The position numbers and the translations under genes are program-made. A stretch of 64,000 nt of DNA, taken from positions 640,001 through 704,000 of the forward strand of contig CAVOVB010000003.1 of NCBI GenBank assembly GCA_963699755.1. Reading direction: 5' to 3'. This document shows, in pieces, positions 31,710 to 43,030 of this stretch. The notes under the pieces are model-generated. The model worked only from the letters and a program-made list of their open reading frames with translations, did no database searches and was not told the origin of the DNA. This DNA comes from an uncultured delta proteobacterium. GTDB lineage: Bacteria; Myxococcota_A; Polyangia; Polyangiales; Houyiibacteriaceae. Numbering within the stretch: the stretch's first letter is position 1; every line of letters starts with the position of its first letter.

Positions 31710-33243
31710 CCGCATCTCCGGCTGGGGCATAGTACGCGCGTACCGTCGCGACCAGTGATTCGATCGTCTGCTCGGCCGATGTCGCGGCGATGTGGAGGCC
31801 CAGGCCCTCGGCTGTGCTGGTCGTGACCGGGCCGATTGAAAACAGATCCAACGCACCGAGGCGATCGCTAGCGTCCGGACCGAGCAGCTCGAATAGGTGC
31901 TGCACGGTCGACGAGGAGGTGAACAAGACCGCGTCGCTCTCCCTGCGGTCGACCAGGTTTCGGATGCGTTCGACGTCCTTGGGCTCCGGGGGAAGGTTTC
32001 GGTACGCGGTCGGCATGTCGACCTGGGCGCCCGCGTTTCGGAGCGACTCAGGCAGGACTTCACGGGCGACTTCGGCACGCGGAAGCAGAATGCGGGTTCG
32101 TTCTCCAAGGAGCGGCCGAATCGCGCGGATGACCCCCTCTGCGCGAGCGTCCGCCGCAACGAGGTCTGCCTTGAGCCCATGCGCGCGCAACGCCTCAAGC
32201 GTCTTGCTGCCGATGGCGCAGACCTTGGCACCCGCCAATGCCCGGAGGTCCAATCCGGCTTCATCGATCGTAGAGAAGACGGCCTCGACCGTGTTGGCGC
32301 TCGTGAAGAGAATCCAATCGTAGCGATCGAGCCCTTTCACCGCACTGCGAAGCGGTGCGAGATCGACCGGAGGCGCGATTCGAATCGTCGGCGCCAAGAT
32401 CGCTTGCGCGCCTTCGTCGCGAAGCCTGGAGGCAAGTGAACCGGCCTGATGGATGGCGCGGGTCACCACGATGCGTTTGCCGAACAGGGGCTTGGTATCG
32501 AACCAGCGAAGGTTGCTCCGCAAGCGCACGACCTCGCCTACGATGGTGAGCGCAGGCAAGCCGAGCCCAGCATTCGATGCGCGCTGATGAATATCGGCCA
32601 GCGTGCCAACGATGGTGCGCTGCTTCGGAAGGGATGCCCATTGAACGACCGCCACCGGGGTGTCCGCAGGGCGCCCGTGTTCGATCAAGAGCCTGCTGAG
32701 CGAGTCGAGCTTCCGCATGCCCATGAAGATGACCAGTGTCTGAGTAGCGGTCGCGAGCTTCGACCAGTCGTGGTCGGTGCGGTCCTTCTCCACTGACTCC
32801 GTGGCCGTCACGTAGGCGACACTCGAAGCAAGCGTACGATGCGTCAATGACAGGCCGGCGTACGCCGTGGCTGCGAGGGGAGAGGGGACGCCAGGAACCA
32901 CTTCGAACGGAATTCCCTCGGACGCGAGCAACTCGGCTTCCTCGGAGCCACGTCCGAATAGATAGGGATCGCCACCCTTGAGCCGGACGACCGTCTTTCC
33001 AGCGCGGGCAGCTTCGACGAGCTGCCGATTGATCTCGGCCTGGCGCTGGCTGACCCGGCCGGCGCGCTTGCCGACGAAGACGAGCTCGGCATCGGGCCTG
33101 GCCGCGCTCAGCTGTTCGGGGTGCACCAGAGCGTCGTAGAGGACGACGTCGGCCTCGCGCAGACGCCGGAGCCCGCGCGCGGTGATCAGCTCTGGATCGC
33201 CTGGGCCCGCACCGACCAAGTACACTGTCCCGGGCGCGGTCAT
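31702..33243 (-). CDS. cobA: Uroporphyrinogen-III C-methyltransferase / uroporphyrinogen-III synthase fusion
   Basis: GAGPGDPELIT, RLKGGDP, FGRG.EE; HemD half PLFGKRIVVTR, FTSAN, FTSSST. Confidence 0.95.
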   Translation of the reverse strand: MTAPGTVYLVGAGPGDPELITARGLRRLREADVVLYDALVHPEQLSAARPDAELVFVGKRAGRVSQRQAEINRQLVEAARAGKTVVRLKGGDPYLFGRGSEEAELLASEGIPFEVVPGVPSPLAATAYAGLSLTHRTLASSVAYVTATESVEKDRTDHDWSKLATATQTLVIFMGMRKLDSLSRLLIEHGRPADTPVAVVQWASLPKQRTIVGTLADIHQRASNAGLGLPALTIVGEVVRLRSNLRWFDTKPLFGKRIVVTRAIHQAGSLASRLRDEGAQAILAPTIRIAPPVDLAPLRSAVKGLDRYDWILFTSANTVEAVFSTIDEAGLDLRALAGAKVCAIGSKTLEALRAHGLKADLVAADARAEGVIRAIRPLLGERTRILLPRAEVAREVLPESLRNAGAQVDMPTAYRNLPPEPKDVERIRNLVDRRESDAVLFTSSSTVQHLFELLGPDASDRLGALDLFSIGPVTTSTAEGLGLHIAATSAEQTIESLVATVRAYYAPAGDADA

Positions 33244-33248
33244 GTTGC

Positions 33249-33734
33249 TCAGGAACCGCCCGGATCATCCGGCGGAACGATCGGCTCGGTTTCGACCACG
33301 CCGCTGCGCCGTTTGCGCTTCTGGACCGCTCGGGCCTTCACTTGTGGCCGCACGCCGCCGGCGTCGTTCGGAATGAACCGAATCTCGGTCTTCACTTCGA
33401 ACGACAAGGATGTGAGGGCCCGGTAGAACTCGCCTGCGATATCGGTCGCTTCGAGGAAATCGCGGACTTCTTTCGCGACGGTTCGAACCAGCGCGTTCTT
33501 GGTCTCATCGACCGAAGCAAACACATAGCCGATCAGCTCCTTTGGTAGCCTGCCGTCCTGGGTGACCCCGCGAAGGGCGCTATCCGCACTCCGAAGCGTC
33601 CCAACGCCCGCTTCGATGCCCTTCTCCACGGCCCTTCGCAGCGTGTCGCGAAGCACACCTTCGGACCAGCGACGTTCTCGTTCGCCTTGATCGGCGGAGT
33701 CGGAAGCCTTTTCGTCGGATTCTTGAGGCATCAT
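33249..33734 (-). CDS. Conserved hypothetical protein
   Basis: Coding-like ORF at the head of the cobA operon; LTSLSFEVKTEIRF. Confidence 0.7.
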   Translation of the reverse strand: MMPQESDEKASDSADQGERERRWSEGVLRDTLRRAVEKGIEAGVGTLRSADSALRGVTQDGRLPKELIGYVFASVDETKNALVRTVAKEVRDFLEATDIAGEFYRALTSLSFEVKTEIRFIPNDAGGVRPQVKARAVQKRKRRSGVVETEPIVPPDDPGGS

Positions 33735-33952
33735 GGTTTCACCATACCTCGACCCGAGCAGGGGTCGAGCCCTTGAAGCATACCCCAGGCGCACGCGATG
33801 CGCAGTTTCATTGAACCGAACGCGAACATGACTGGCGTTCGAATACGACACGCTTGATACCCACGCTTGGAACCGAGAACGTCACGTTCCGGCGCCCTTC
33901 GTGCAGCCGACGAGTCTTGCGTTCAAAAAACCGACCAGCTATACGAATATGG

Positions 33953-34891
33953 ATGGACCGCGGTGCAAGCATGGTCGAAGAGCTCTGGCAGCAAGCCGAA
34001 GAAGCTCTCGAAGCGTCCTCCAAGCGCGCCGAAGGGCTGCTGACCCAACTGGTCTCCATCGCGGACGAGGGGAGCGAGGCGTCGCTGTTCGCCCATCGGC
34101 ATCTTGCTGAGCTGTTCCTCGAAGACAATCCCTGGAAAGCGGCCTTGCACCTGCGGCGCGTGCTCAGCTACTGCGCCGACGATGACATCCTCCACGCGCT
34201 CATGGGTCTTTGCCATGCGTTGCTCGGCAACTACCGATGTGCAGCTCGCTCCTACCGCGAGGCGTCGAGCCTCGCTCCGCAAACGCCCTGGTATCACCAC
34301 AACCTCGGCCACTTGATGGACGTTGCCCTCGATGATCCGAGCGGCGCGCAGCATCACCTGCGGCGCGCCTACGAGCTCGAGCCCGAGCACGACGAAATCA
34401 TCGGCTCGCTCGCGCACTGCGTCGCACGTCTCGGTGACCTCGATGAAGCCCAGAAGCTCGCAGAGCTCGCGCGAGAAAAGGGTCCATGCAACCCCGATCA
34501 TCGCGGGCTTCTCGATTGGATCGAACGGGGCGCGACCGATACGGCTGCGGCAATCGCATCATCGGTGCGCCTCCCACCGAGCGACCGCGTTGCCGAGACC
34601 GTAGAGCGGAAGATGGGTGAAGCCGGCTACTCTCGCGACGAAATCCAACGCGCGACGCAGCTCTGGTCCGACATGAAAGCGCATTGCGAGCTTCGTGTCA
34701 CCAAGCCTGAAGTTTTGGCCGCGGCGCTCGAATACGCGATTGCAGTGGTCGAGCGGCGCCCAGGTTTCACGCAAGCCGAGGTGGCTCGAAGGTACGGGGT
34801 TGCGCCCACATCGGTGTCGGCTCGCTTTGCGCAAATTCGAAACGCGCTGGCCTTGCGGCCCGGCGATCCTCGTTACGCAGCATCACGCTGA
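33953..34891 (+). CDS. TPR protein with C-terminal cyclin/TFIIB-like HTH domain
   Basis: TPR repeats (HHNLG, AYELEP); C-terminal KPEVLAAALEY...TQAEVARRYGV; start at 33953 or 33971. Confidence 0.7.
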   Translation: MDRGASMVEELWQQAEEALEASSKRAEGLLTQLVSIADEGSEASLFAHRHLAELFLEDNPWKAALHLRRVLSYCADDDILHALMGLCHALLGNYRCAARSYREASSLAPQTPWYHHNLGHLMDVALDDPSGAQHHLRRAYELEPEHDEIIGSLAHCVARLGDLDEAQKLAELAREKGPCNPDHRGLLDWIERGATDTAAAIASSVRLPPSDRVAETVERKMGEAGYSRDEIQRATQLWSDMKAHCELRVTKPEVLAAALEYAIAVVERRPGFTQAEVARRYGVAPTSVSARFAQIRNALALRPGDPRYAASR

Positions 34892-34912
34892 AAACTAGCC
34901 AGCACCCGCGCG

Positions 34913-35740
34913 ATGGCCTATTCGGGTTTCATGGACGCGCTGTCCAGTGCCACGATGCTTTGCCGTGTCTTGATCGGTCTCGACCGAGCGAGCGCAAGCG
35001 GCGTCCTGCATCTCGTGGCTGAGGGGCGTCGGGCGACCATGTCCTTTCATTCTGGGGCGCTGCTCGATGCGAACATCGATCGTCGGGTGCCGATTTCGCA
35101 CCGGCAGGTTCTCGATCAGGTCTTCGGGATGTGCCAATGGAGCGGACTGGCGCTGCGCCTGGTGCAGTCAGACTCCGCAGCGGGTTCCTGGAGGTTGGCT
35201 GAGCCGCTGCCCGCGCGAATCCTCGCGCTTCAGACGATGCGCGCCGCCGTGAACAGCGTCGAGAGCGCAAGCCTGCGCGCCCAGCTCGGGAATGCGACGT
35301 ACTACCTCACCGAGGTGGGCGAGTCGCTTCTTCGAACCGCAGAGCTTCGGCCCGAAGAAGCCGCCCTTGTGTTCGGGCTTCGTAGGGGCGTGCTGGCCGA
35401 AGAGCTCGCCTCACGGCCCGGCTTCGGACCGATAGGGCATCGGTTCCTCTGGATCCTCAAGTTGCTCGGCGGAGCCTCGCCCAAGGCCGGTGGCTCTTAC
35501 CCGCTCTTGCTTCGCAAGCAAAGAGAGATCCGCAAGCGTGCCTCGGCACACGCGCTTCTCGACCTTCCTGAGGGCGCAGGAGGTCGTGACGCGCGCGTGG
35601 CGCTTCGAAAGCTGGTTCGGGACCTCCATCCCGACCGCTTCGGCAACGGCACGCCATCTGCGCTTCGCCGTGCCTCTGGGGAGATCACGACCGCGTTGGT
35701 CAACGCCGAGGCGCAGATCGCGTCAGGGCGCCCGAACTAG
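34913..35740 (+). CDS. J-domain-containing protein with DUF4388-like N-terminus
   Basis: SGVLHL...F.SG N-terminus; RKLVRDLHPDRF J-domain HPD motif. Confidence 0.7.
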   Translation: MAYSGFMDALSSATMLCRVLIGLDRASASGVLHLVAEGRRATMSFHSGALLDANIDRRVPISHRQVLDQVFGMCQWSGLALRLVQSDSAAGSWRLAEPLPARILALQTMRAAVNSVESASLRAQLGNATYYLTEVGESLLRTAELRPEEAALVFGLRRGVLAEELASRPGFGPIGHRFLWILKLLGGASPKAGGSYPLLLRKQREIRKRASAHALLDLPEGAGGRDARVALRKLVRDLHPDRFGNGTPSALRRASGEITTALVNAEAQIASGRPN

Positions 35741-35755
35741 GCTCGGGCGAGGCCT

Positions 35756-36289
35756 TCACTCGACTCGCTGGTGCACGTGCAACGTGTCCGCGGGCTTGAA
35801 GCCGTCCACATCGATGGTCGCGCGCCGCTCGAAGATCGAGCTCACACCGTCCCCGTCGAGGTCGCCCTCCGCTCGAAACGAGACCGATAGGAGCTCGTCC
35901 GCGGCGGTGAGGTCACAGCCGTGGTCGCTGGGCCGGTAGCTGTAGCTGTAGCGTACCGGTCGGTCCGGCTGGAACGCAAGCGCTTCCCAGCTCGCATGGC
36001 CGCTCTGCTCCTCGGCGGCGAAGTCGACCTTTGTCGCGTCGACCGTCGGCGTTGCGGGGGTCGGTCCCGCGCCTTCTGGAAGACAAAATCGCTTTCCGCC
36101 CTCCCACGATGCAGCGTAGTACGCTGCGGCACGGTCGCTCATCTCTTGTAGCAGCTCGGAGGCCTCGCTGATCTTGTTGGTCCGCACCCGACGAAGGAAC
36201 GTCGGAACGAAGACAGCGAGGACGATGCCAAGGAGGCAAAGCAGAAGCGCTGCTTCGATCAAGCTCAATCTCGGACGACCGCGGGGCAA
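35756..36289 (-). CDS. Type IV pilin-like protein with degenerate prepilin site
   Basis: LSLIE plus hydrophobic helix to P22, K.SEA, YY, AEGDLDGDG; paralogous to the neighbouring pilins. Confidence 0.75.
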   Translation of the reverse strand: MPRGRPRLSLIEAALLLCLLGIVLAVFVPTFLRRVRTNKISEASELLQEMSDRAAAYYAASWEGGKRFCLPEGAGPTPATPTVDATKVDFAAEEQSGHASWEALAFQPDRPVRYSYSYRPSDHGCDLTAADELLSVSFRAEGDLDGDGVSSIFERRATIDVDGFKPADTLHVHQRVE

Positions 36290-36331
36290 AGCCGCGGGAC
36301 TGTGAGAGACCAGTGCGAGTTTGGCAAGAAC

Positions 36332-37180
36332 CTAGCTCGCGTCTTCGAGGCCGATGGCCGGCTCGACGGGGTCGGCTACGAAGAAATAGAGCGTCGAAGG
36401 CATATAAGGAAACTCCTCTTCACGTCGCCTCTCGAACTCCTCGTTGGCGCTTCGGAACGCCTCCGCATAGGTTTCGTCCCTCAGCTGGGCGAGGCGAATC
36501 TCGATCTGAGCCTTCACCTTTGGGTCGCGGATCATCGCGTACATCTCTTCGAGGTGGCGGAGCTCACGATCGGTCTGGCCTAGCTTTCGCAAAGAGGTCG
36601 CATTCGTCATGACCAGCCAAGGAGGCCCTCCTCCGAGGCGGGCGGCAGCCATCATGTAGTCGTTCCCTTCGGCTTCGAGACGGGCGCGGTCGGGATCGTC
36701 CTTCGGAAGGTGCGGCAGCAGCTCGTAGGTGATCGTCGCTCCGGTGTCCCAGGCCAGCTCCCCGTCGTTGGGGAATCGCTCCGAGCCCCGGCGGAGTACG
36801 TCGATCGCGCGCTCCACGAATTCGTTCGAGCTGCCGGTTGGTGTATACACGCCAGCCATCCCAACCCAGCGGTATACCCGCTTGAAGTCAGGGTCGAGCG
36901 CGAGCATCGACTCGCCATAGTTGAAGACGTGCTTGACCGCGCCGCGGTTCGCAAACTCGTCGCCGAAGTAGAGCAGGGCCCGAAGCCAAATCAAATCCGC
37001 GAGCGCCCGTCGATGGCCCAGGCTCATCACCTCCAACCATGCAGGGGGCGGCAGATAGTAGATGTCTTCGTAGGTCTGTGTCCCCAGGTACTGGTCCATC
37101 GCCCGCCCGCGAAGCGACCAAATCCCGAGCAGCCCGCCCAGAATTGCGACGACGCCGATGATTCGCCCCACCTGCCTCAC
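36332..37180 (-). CDS. PilG/XapA-like pilus accessory protein
   Basis: ADLIWLRALLYFG, LDP.F, TPR-like; immediately downstream of pilA, as pilG is in Myxococcus. Confidence 0.6.
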   Translation of the reverse strand: MRQVGRIIGVVAILGGLLGIWSLRGRAMDQYLGTQTYEDIYYLPPPAWLEVMSLGHRRALADLIWLRALLYFGDEFANRGAVKHVFNYGESMLALDPDFKRVYRWVGMAGVYTPTGSSNEFVERAIDVLRRGSERFPNDGELAWDTGATITYELLPHLPKDDPDRARLEAEGNDYMMAAARLGGGPPWLVMTNATSLRKLGQTDRELRHLEEMYAMIRDPKVKAQIEIRLAQLRDETYAEAFRSANEEFERRREEEFPYMPSTLYFFVADPVEPAIGLEDAS

Positions 37181-37217
37181 GAGCCCAGTATAACGAAGAT
37201 GCAGTGGCTCTCCGCTT

Positions 37218-37254
37218 AAACGGAAAAGGCCGCGACGAGCGCCGCGGCCTTTCC
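37218..37254 (-). terminator. Intrinsic terminator after pilA
   Basis: Minus strand reads GGCCGCG-gcgctcgt-CGCGGCC-TTTTCCGTTT. Confidence 0.8.
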
Positions 37255-37273
37255 AGTCGTCATCCGAGAGCGA

Positions 37274-37846
37274 TTACTCGAGCGCGTCGATCTGCTGGAT
37301 GCCGGGTGCGCGATAGAGCACGTTGTCGTCGTTCGAACCCGCTTCGAGGTTGAAGGTCGACTCGTCGGCGTCCCCGTCCAGGTTGCCATGGGCGAAGAAG
37401 GTGTAGAGCGTGGTGTCCCGGGACCCGTTCCCACAAATGCTGGCCGCGGGGTCCGCGGTCAGGCCGTATTCGAAGTAGAGCCCATCGGCCGGTGCGAAGT
37501 TCATTGCCTGGAACTCGGCGGCGTTCGTCTCGTTGTCCCAAATGATGACGCGCTTGTCGGGGCTCGGAGCGCCATCCATGACCGCGCTGTTAATCGTGCA
37601 GTGCGACACGGCCGCGACGGTCGTGCCCACAGCGGGAACGCCACCGGTCCAGTTCTCCGCCTCGTAGTACGCGGCTGCGCCCTGGAACATCGACTTGAGG
37701 TTCGCCGGGGCTTCCGCCGTCTTCGAACGCTTCACGTAGTTGATGAATGCCGGGATCGCGATCGCGGCGAGAATGCCGATGATGGCGACGACGATCATCA
37801 GCTCGATGAGGGTGAATCCCTCTTTCTTCGAGAGTAGCTTGTTCAT
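37274..37846 (-). CDS. pilA: Type IVa major pilin
   Basis: [23 protein letters not shown]; own sigma54 promoter and terminator; near pilR. Confidence 0.9.
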   Translation of the reverse strand: MNKLLSKKEGFTLIELMIVVAIIGILAAIAIPAFINYVKRSKTAEAPANLKSMFQGAAAYYEAENWTGGVPAVGTTVAAVSHCTINSAVMDGAPSPDKRVIIWDNETNAAEFQAMNFAPADGLYFEYGLTADPAASICGNGSRDTTLYTFFAHGNLDGDADESTFNLEAGSNDDNVLYRAPGIQQIDALE

Positions 37847-37905
37847 ATTCAGTTCCTTTTCCCCCGGGCCCTGTGCCCGCATCATTCAAAGTTGCTCCAA
37901 GACAA

Positions 37906-37921
37906 TGCAACTGCCGTGCCG
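37906..37921 (-). promoter_or_regulatory. sigma54 promoter of pilA
   Basis: Minus strand reads CGGCACGGCAGTTGCA. Confidence 0.85.
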
Positions 37922-37995
37922 ATTCTCCCGGACCCCATGCTCAGCCGGAAATTATTGGCCAATCCAGGTCTTGCGGTGCCGGGGAGCAGCCTGCG

Positions 37996-38035
37996 GGGAC
38001 AGATTTCGTCACCCGCAGGTGACGGAAATTGTCAC
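37996..38035. promoter_or_regulatory. Tandem palindromes, candidate PilR enhancer
   Basis: GGGAC-N7-GTCAC and GTGAC-N7-GTCAC, 23 bp apart, about 75-115 bp upstream of -24. Confidence 0.6.
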
Positions 38036-38541
38036 TTCCAGCCGCCTGTTCCGCTGGCACTGTTATAGATGTGGTCCGATTGGGAGTAGATCTCGAGGTA
38101 GAAGGACTCGCCATCCCCGTTGAGATCTCCCTCGGCCCTGGCTGCGAACCAATGGTCGTCTTTGTCGAGCCCGGTATCGGCCGGTGGGTCTTCGCCGGCC
38201 AGGCCAGCGATGGTCGCATACCGAAACCGGATGGGGGCATTGGGTGACGCGCCGAGCTGCCGCCATTCGACGGTGCTCTCCCAGACCACAGGGTCCTCTC
38301 CCGGAATCGCGGTTGGGTTCCAGCTCCCCCAGTCATCTTCATCTACGGCGCAGTACTGACCGAATTCGTTCCGGTAGGACTCCTGCCGCTGCTTGATCTT
38401 GCCGAGGAAGTTCGTCGCCTCGGTGACCCGCGCTTTGTAGATGTACGAGGTGAAGGTGGGAATCGCCAGAGTCGCCAAGACACCAATGATGACAACGGTG
38501 ATCATCAGCTCCGTAATCGTGTAGCCTTGATTCCGCTTCAT
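38032..38541 (-). CDS. Type IV pilin (minor or alternative)
   Basis: G|YTITELMITVVIIGVLATLAIP; AEGDLNGDG; ATGA overlap with the upstream pilin. Confidence 0.88.
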   Translation of the reverse strand: MKRNQGYTITELMITVVIIGVLATLAIPTFTSYIYKARVTEATNFLGKIKQRQESYRNEFGQYCAVDEDDWGSWNPTAIPGEDPVVWESTVEWRQLGASPNAPIRFRYATIAGLAGEDPPADTGLDKDDHWFAARAEGDLNGDGESFYLEIYSQSDHIYNSASGTGGWK

Positions 38542-39059
38542 TCCCATCCCCCCGTGCCCTCGGCGCTGTTGTACATGTTTCGAGACTGCGAGTAGACCTC
38601 GAGCGTGAACGATACGTCGTCGTCGTCGAGGTCTCCTTGTGCCTGCGCGGCGTACCAGAACGTCCTTTCGTCGAGGTTGGTGCCGGCTGGCGCCGTATCT
38701 CCCGGAAAGCCCGCGACGGTCGCGTAGCGAAACCGCACCGGCCCTGGCGGGCGGAGCCCGAGCTCTTCCCACTCCGGCGAGCTTGGCCAGGCCACCGGTT
38801 GCGATCCTGGAATCGACGCAGGCGTGTAGTTGGTCCAGTTGCTCGTTCCGCTCACCGCGGCGTAATTGCCGAAGCGGCTCCGGTAGGCTTCCTGTCGGGT
38901 CTTGATCTCGTTGAGCACCGTCACCGCCTCGGTGACGCGACCGCGGTACACGTAGCCCTTGAACGACGGGATCGCGACGGCCGCCAAGATACCGACGATC
39001 GCGACGCCGATGAGGAGCTCAATGGTGGTGAAGCCTTTGCTTCGCAGGTGACGCGACAA
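38538..39059 (-). CDS. Type IV pilin (minor or alternative)
   Basis: G|FTTIELLIGVAIVGILAAVAIP; AQGDLDDDD; GGAGG before TTG 39059. Confidence 0.88.
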   Translation of the reverse strand: MSRHLRSKGFTTIELLIGVAIVGILAAVAIPSFKGYVYRGRVTEAVTVLNEIKTRQEAYRSRFGNYAAVSGTSNWTNYTPASIPGSQPVAWPSSPEWEELGLRPPGPVRFRYATVAGFPGDTAPAGTNLDERTFWYAAQAQGDLDDDDVSFTLEVYSQSRNMYNSAEGTGGWE

Positions 39060-39084
39060 GGAAGAACCTCCAGCTTGGAGTATA

Positions 39085-40479
<1,395 letters not shown>

Positions 40480-40555
40480 ACCCCCGCCTACACCTTACGT
40501 CAAAACGCCCGAGTGGCCACGAGAGTTGCAGGCCCGACCGCCCCCGCGCCATCGC

Positions 40556-40840
40556 CTAGCTGAAGCCCGCGCGCCGACCTCCGGCCCCGCTTGGCGGTCG
40601 GACGCAAAGCCCATGTAGGCTGCTGTATTCCAGGAAGTAGACCGCGTGGTGCTCGCGGGAAGAGGCCTCGCAGAATGCCTCTTGGAGCCTGATTGCGGCC
40701 ACCTCGGACACTTCCATCGCTTGGCCAGGTTCCCCGATGTACAGCGACAAATTGTAGCCCTCCGCGACCTTGTACCCGTCACCGTCGCGCTTCACCCCGG
40801 ATGCTGCTTCGAGCATGGCCTCGAACGTTGGTCGTTGCAT
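40556..40840 (-). CDS. Small hypothetical protein
   Basis: 94-aa coding-like ORF ending RRAGFS. Confidence 0.6.
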   Translation of the reverse strand: MQRPTFEAMLEAASGVKRDGDGYKVAEGYNLSLYIGEPGQAMEVSEVAAIRLQEAFCEASSREHHAVYFLEYSSLHGLCVRPPSGAGGRRAGFS

Positions 40841-40904
40841 GCGCCTGAGCTTTGATGCGAGCGGGCGGCTGGTCAAGCCTTGGGGTTCGAGGTAGGCCGC
40901 TAGC

Positions 40905-41456
40905 GTGGCGAAGGGCGGGGAGGAGCTCTGGGAAAGTGAGGTCCTGGTCAGCGATTCGATTGGTCGCCTGATCGAGTTCTGGGGCTTCAAGCGGAACATG
41001 GGCCGTCTTTGGGCGATCCTGTATCTGTCCGACCGTCCGCTCAGCGCTCCGGAAATGCAGGAACGGCTTCAGCTCAGCAGCGGCGCAGTCTCGATGACCC
41101 TCAACGAGCTGACACGCTGGGGCGTCGTCAAAAAGGTTTGGCTCCAGGGCGAGCGGCGCGACCACTACGCCGCCGAGGGCAACTTCTGGAAAATGATCTC
41201 GCGTGTCTTCAACGAGCGTGAGCGGGTCGAGGTCCTCGACGCGATCGACATCATGGAAGACGCCATCGAATTCCTGAAGGACAAAGCCAAGACGCCAACC
41301 GATCGGAGTAGGGCGCGCTTCCAGGAAGAACGCATCCGCGAGCTGCTCGACCTTGCGCGTTTGGGAAAACAGCTGCTCGATGCCTTGGTCAAGGATGCCA
41401 AAGTCGACGGAAGCCCATTGATGGACGTGCTCCTTGGCGGAGCCGACAAAGGCTAG
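40905..41456 (+). CDS. GbsR/MarR-family transcriptional regulator
   Basis: FWGFKRNMGRLWAILYLS..PLS..E...LSSGAVSM.L.EL..WG.V, GERRDHY. Confidence 0.88.
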   Translation: MAKGGEELWESEVLVSDSIGRLIEFWGFKRNMGRLWAILYLSDRPLSAPEMQERLQLSSGAVSMTLNELTRWGVVKKVWLQGERRDHYAAEGNFWKMISRVFNERERVEVLDAIDIMEDAIEFLKDKAKTPTDRSRARFQEERIRELLDLARLGKQLLDALVKDAKVDGSPLMDVLLGGADKG

Positions 41457-41479
41457 GTGCGATTCCTGGCGTTCAGCCG

Positions 41480-42514
41480 CTAGGCCTGCGCGACGAACTC
41501 GTGCCGAGGCTCGCGAGGCTGTTGAAGCGCGCGCGCCAGGAACGAAAGCTGCTCGCGCCAGCAGCGCCGCGCCTGGCGTCGCCAGACCAGAGCGTGAAAC
41601 GCGTGAAGCTCGCCTTCGTAGTAGCGCGCTTCGCATTCGACGCCCATCGCCTTGAGGGCGCGGTCGAGGCGGCGCGTATCGTCGAGCAAGGGGTCGCGTG
41701 TGCCGATGGGCACGAAGAATGCGGGGAGGGCGCGGTCCGGGCGCTCGCGTCGTTCGAAGACATGCAGTGGATCGGCAAGGTCCAGCTCACCGGGTGCATG
41801 TGCATGAAGCGCTCCGACATACAAATCGTTCATGCCTTCGAGAATGTCGTTCACCCATCGAGGCAGCTTGCGTTTGCGGTTCAAGCGCTCCGGGTTGGTG
41901 ACTTGGAGCGGCGCACAGGCAGGAGCGACCGCAGTGGGTACCAAGCCGGTCGCGAACGCGCGCTGCGCAAAGGGCTCGGAGCGTCGGTAGCAGCAGCAGA
42001 TGGTGAGCGCAGTGGCTAAGTTGCCGCCTGCCGATTCGCCTGCGAAGACCAATCGGCTCAGGTCACCACCATAGCCTTCGGCGTTCTCCGACACCCATTC
42101 GAGCGCCGCGCAGACATCGGACACTGCCGCCGGGTACGGGTGCTCGGGCGCGAGTCGGTAGTCGACGTTGAACACCAGATAGCCCGCGCGCGCGAACGCC
42201 AGCCCCATGAACCAATGGGTGTTCTTCGACAAGAGATTGAAGCCGCCGCCGTGCATATAGAGGACGATCGGGAGAGCGACGGCCTGGCTCGCGGGCCGAT
42301 AGATGTCGAGCCTGTGGCGTGGATTGCCGCCTCGGACGTACTCGACGTCTCTGATCACCTGTACACCATGTCTGGCGGGGTTCGAGAGTGGATGCAAGCG
42401 TCCGAGGCGCGAGAGACTTCCGACCAAGCCTTCGCCCATCACGGCATGGGCGTGGCGCCGGAGCCGTTTGCGTGTGCGCTGAAGGCAGGAAAGAGGCCGG
42501 GGCTTGGGGGGCAT
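41480..42514 (-). CDS. Alpha/beta hydrolase (HSL-like family IV esterase)
   Basis: HGGGF, DYRLAPEHPYPA, GESAGGNL, DPL.D, HAF. Confidence 0.93.
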   Translation of the reverse strand: MPPKPRPLSCLQRTRKRLRRHAHAVMGEGLVGSLSRLGRLHPLSNPARHGVQVIRDVEYVRGGNPRHRLDIYRPASQAVALPIVLYMHGGGFNLLSKNTHWFMGLAFARAGYLVFNVDYRLAPEHPYPAAVSDVCAALEWVSENAEGYGGDLSRLVFAGESAGGNLATALTICCCYRRSEPFAQRAFATGLVPTAVAPACAPLQVTNPERLNRKRKLPRWVNDILEGMNDLYVGALHAHAPGELDLADPLHVFERRERPDRALPAFFVPIGTRDPLLDDTRRLDRALKAMGVECEARYYEGELHAFHALVWRRQARRCWREQLSFLARALQQPREPRHEFVAQA

Positions 42515-42620
42515 GGGGAACTTGTATCACGGTCTTGGGAAAGGCCGCGGGATTCGGCGTGCAGTCGGATGAAGCCGCCGTTTTTTTGTGCTTAATCGGG
42601 GCCGGGCGTATTCCTCGAGG

Positions 42621-43022
42621 ATGCCTTCTGCGAGCTTGAAGCCAATTGTTGCAGCGCTGCTAGTGGCGGTGCTCATGGCGGCCGTTCCAAGCCAGGGGCA
42701 CGCGAGCTCCTCCGGCCGGCTCGATGCCTTGGTCGTTCGTCAGAAAATCCACAAAGACCTTCCTAAGATCAATCGCTGCTACGAGTCCGCGCTCCGCTAC
42801 GCGCCCGAGCTTGCGGGCAAGGTTTCAATTCGCTTCGCCGTAGTGCGCAAGGGCTACGTCAAAGGCCTGCAGGTCGTCCAGAATACGACCGGCAACGATC
42901 GGGTCGAGCGCTGCGTCGCGCGTGTGGTCAGCGCCATTCGATTCCCCAGCCGCCGAACGGGCAAGAGCCTCAGCTTCACGTTCCCATTCGTCTTCGCGCC
43001 GCAGGACGGCCGCTCTCAGTAA
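42621..43022 (+). CDS. Exported AgmX/PglI C-terminal (TonB-C-like) domain protein
   Basis: Signal peptide; CYESAL..P.LAGKV.IRF...CV...FP...FPFVF. Confidence 0.82.
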   Translation: MPSASLKPIVAALLVAVLMAAVPSQGHASSSGRLDALVVRQKIHKDLPKINRCYESALRYAPELAGKVSIRFAVVRKGYVKGLQVVQNTTGNDRVERCVARVVSAIRFPSRRTGKSLSFTFPFVFAPQDGRSQ

Positions 43023-43030
43023 TCGGTTCC

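Noticed and set aside
37274..37846. PilA as a conductive e-pilin (by hand count 18 F/W/Y in about 180 mature residues, with F1, F24, Y27, Y50, Y51)
   Set aside because: There is a 36-residue gap free of F/W/Y, it is a long pilin typical of myxobacteria, and no cytochrome genes are nearby
42555..42588. CGGCG...CGCCG followed by T7, terminator-like
   Set aside because: Short stem with a large loop, located between divergent gene starts with no immediate upstream + strand gene
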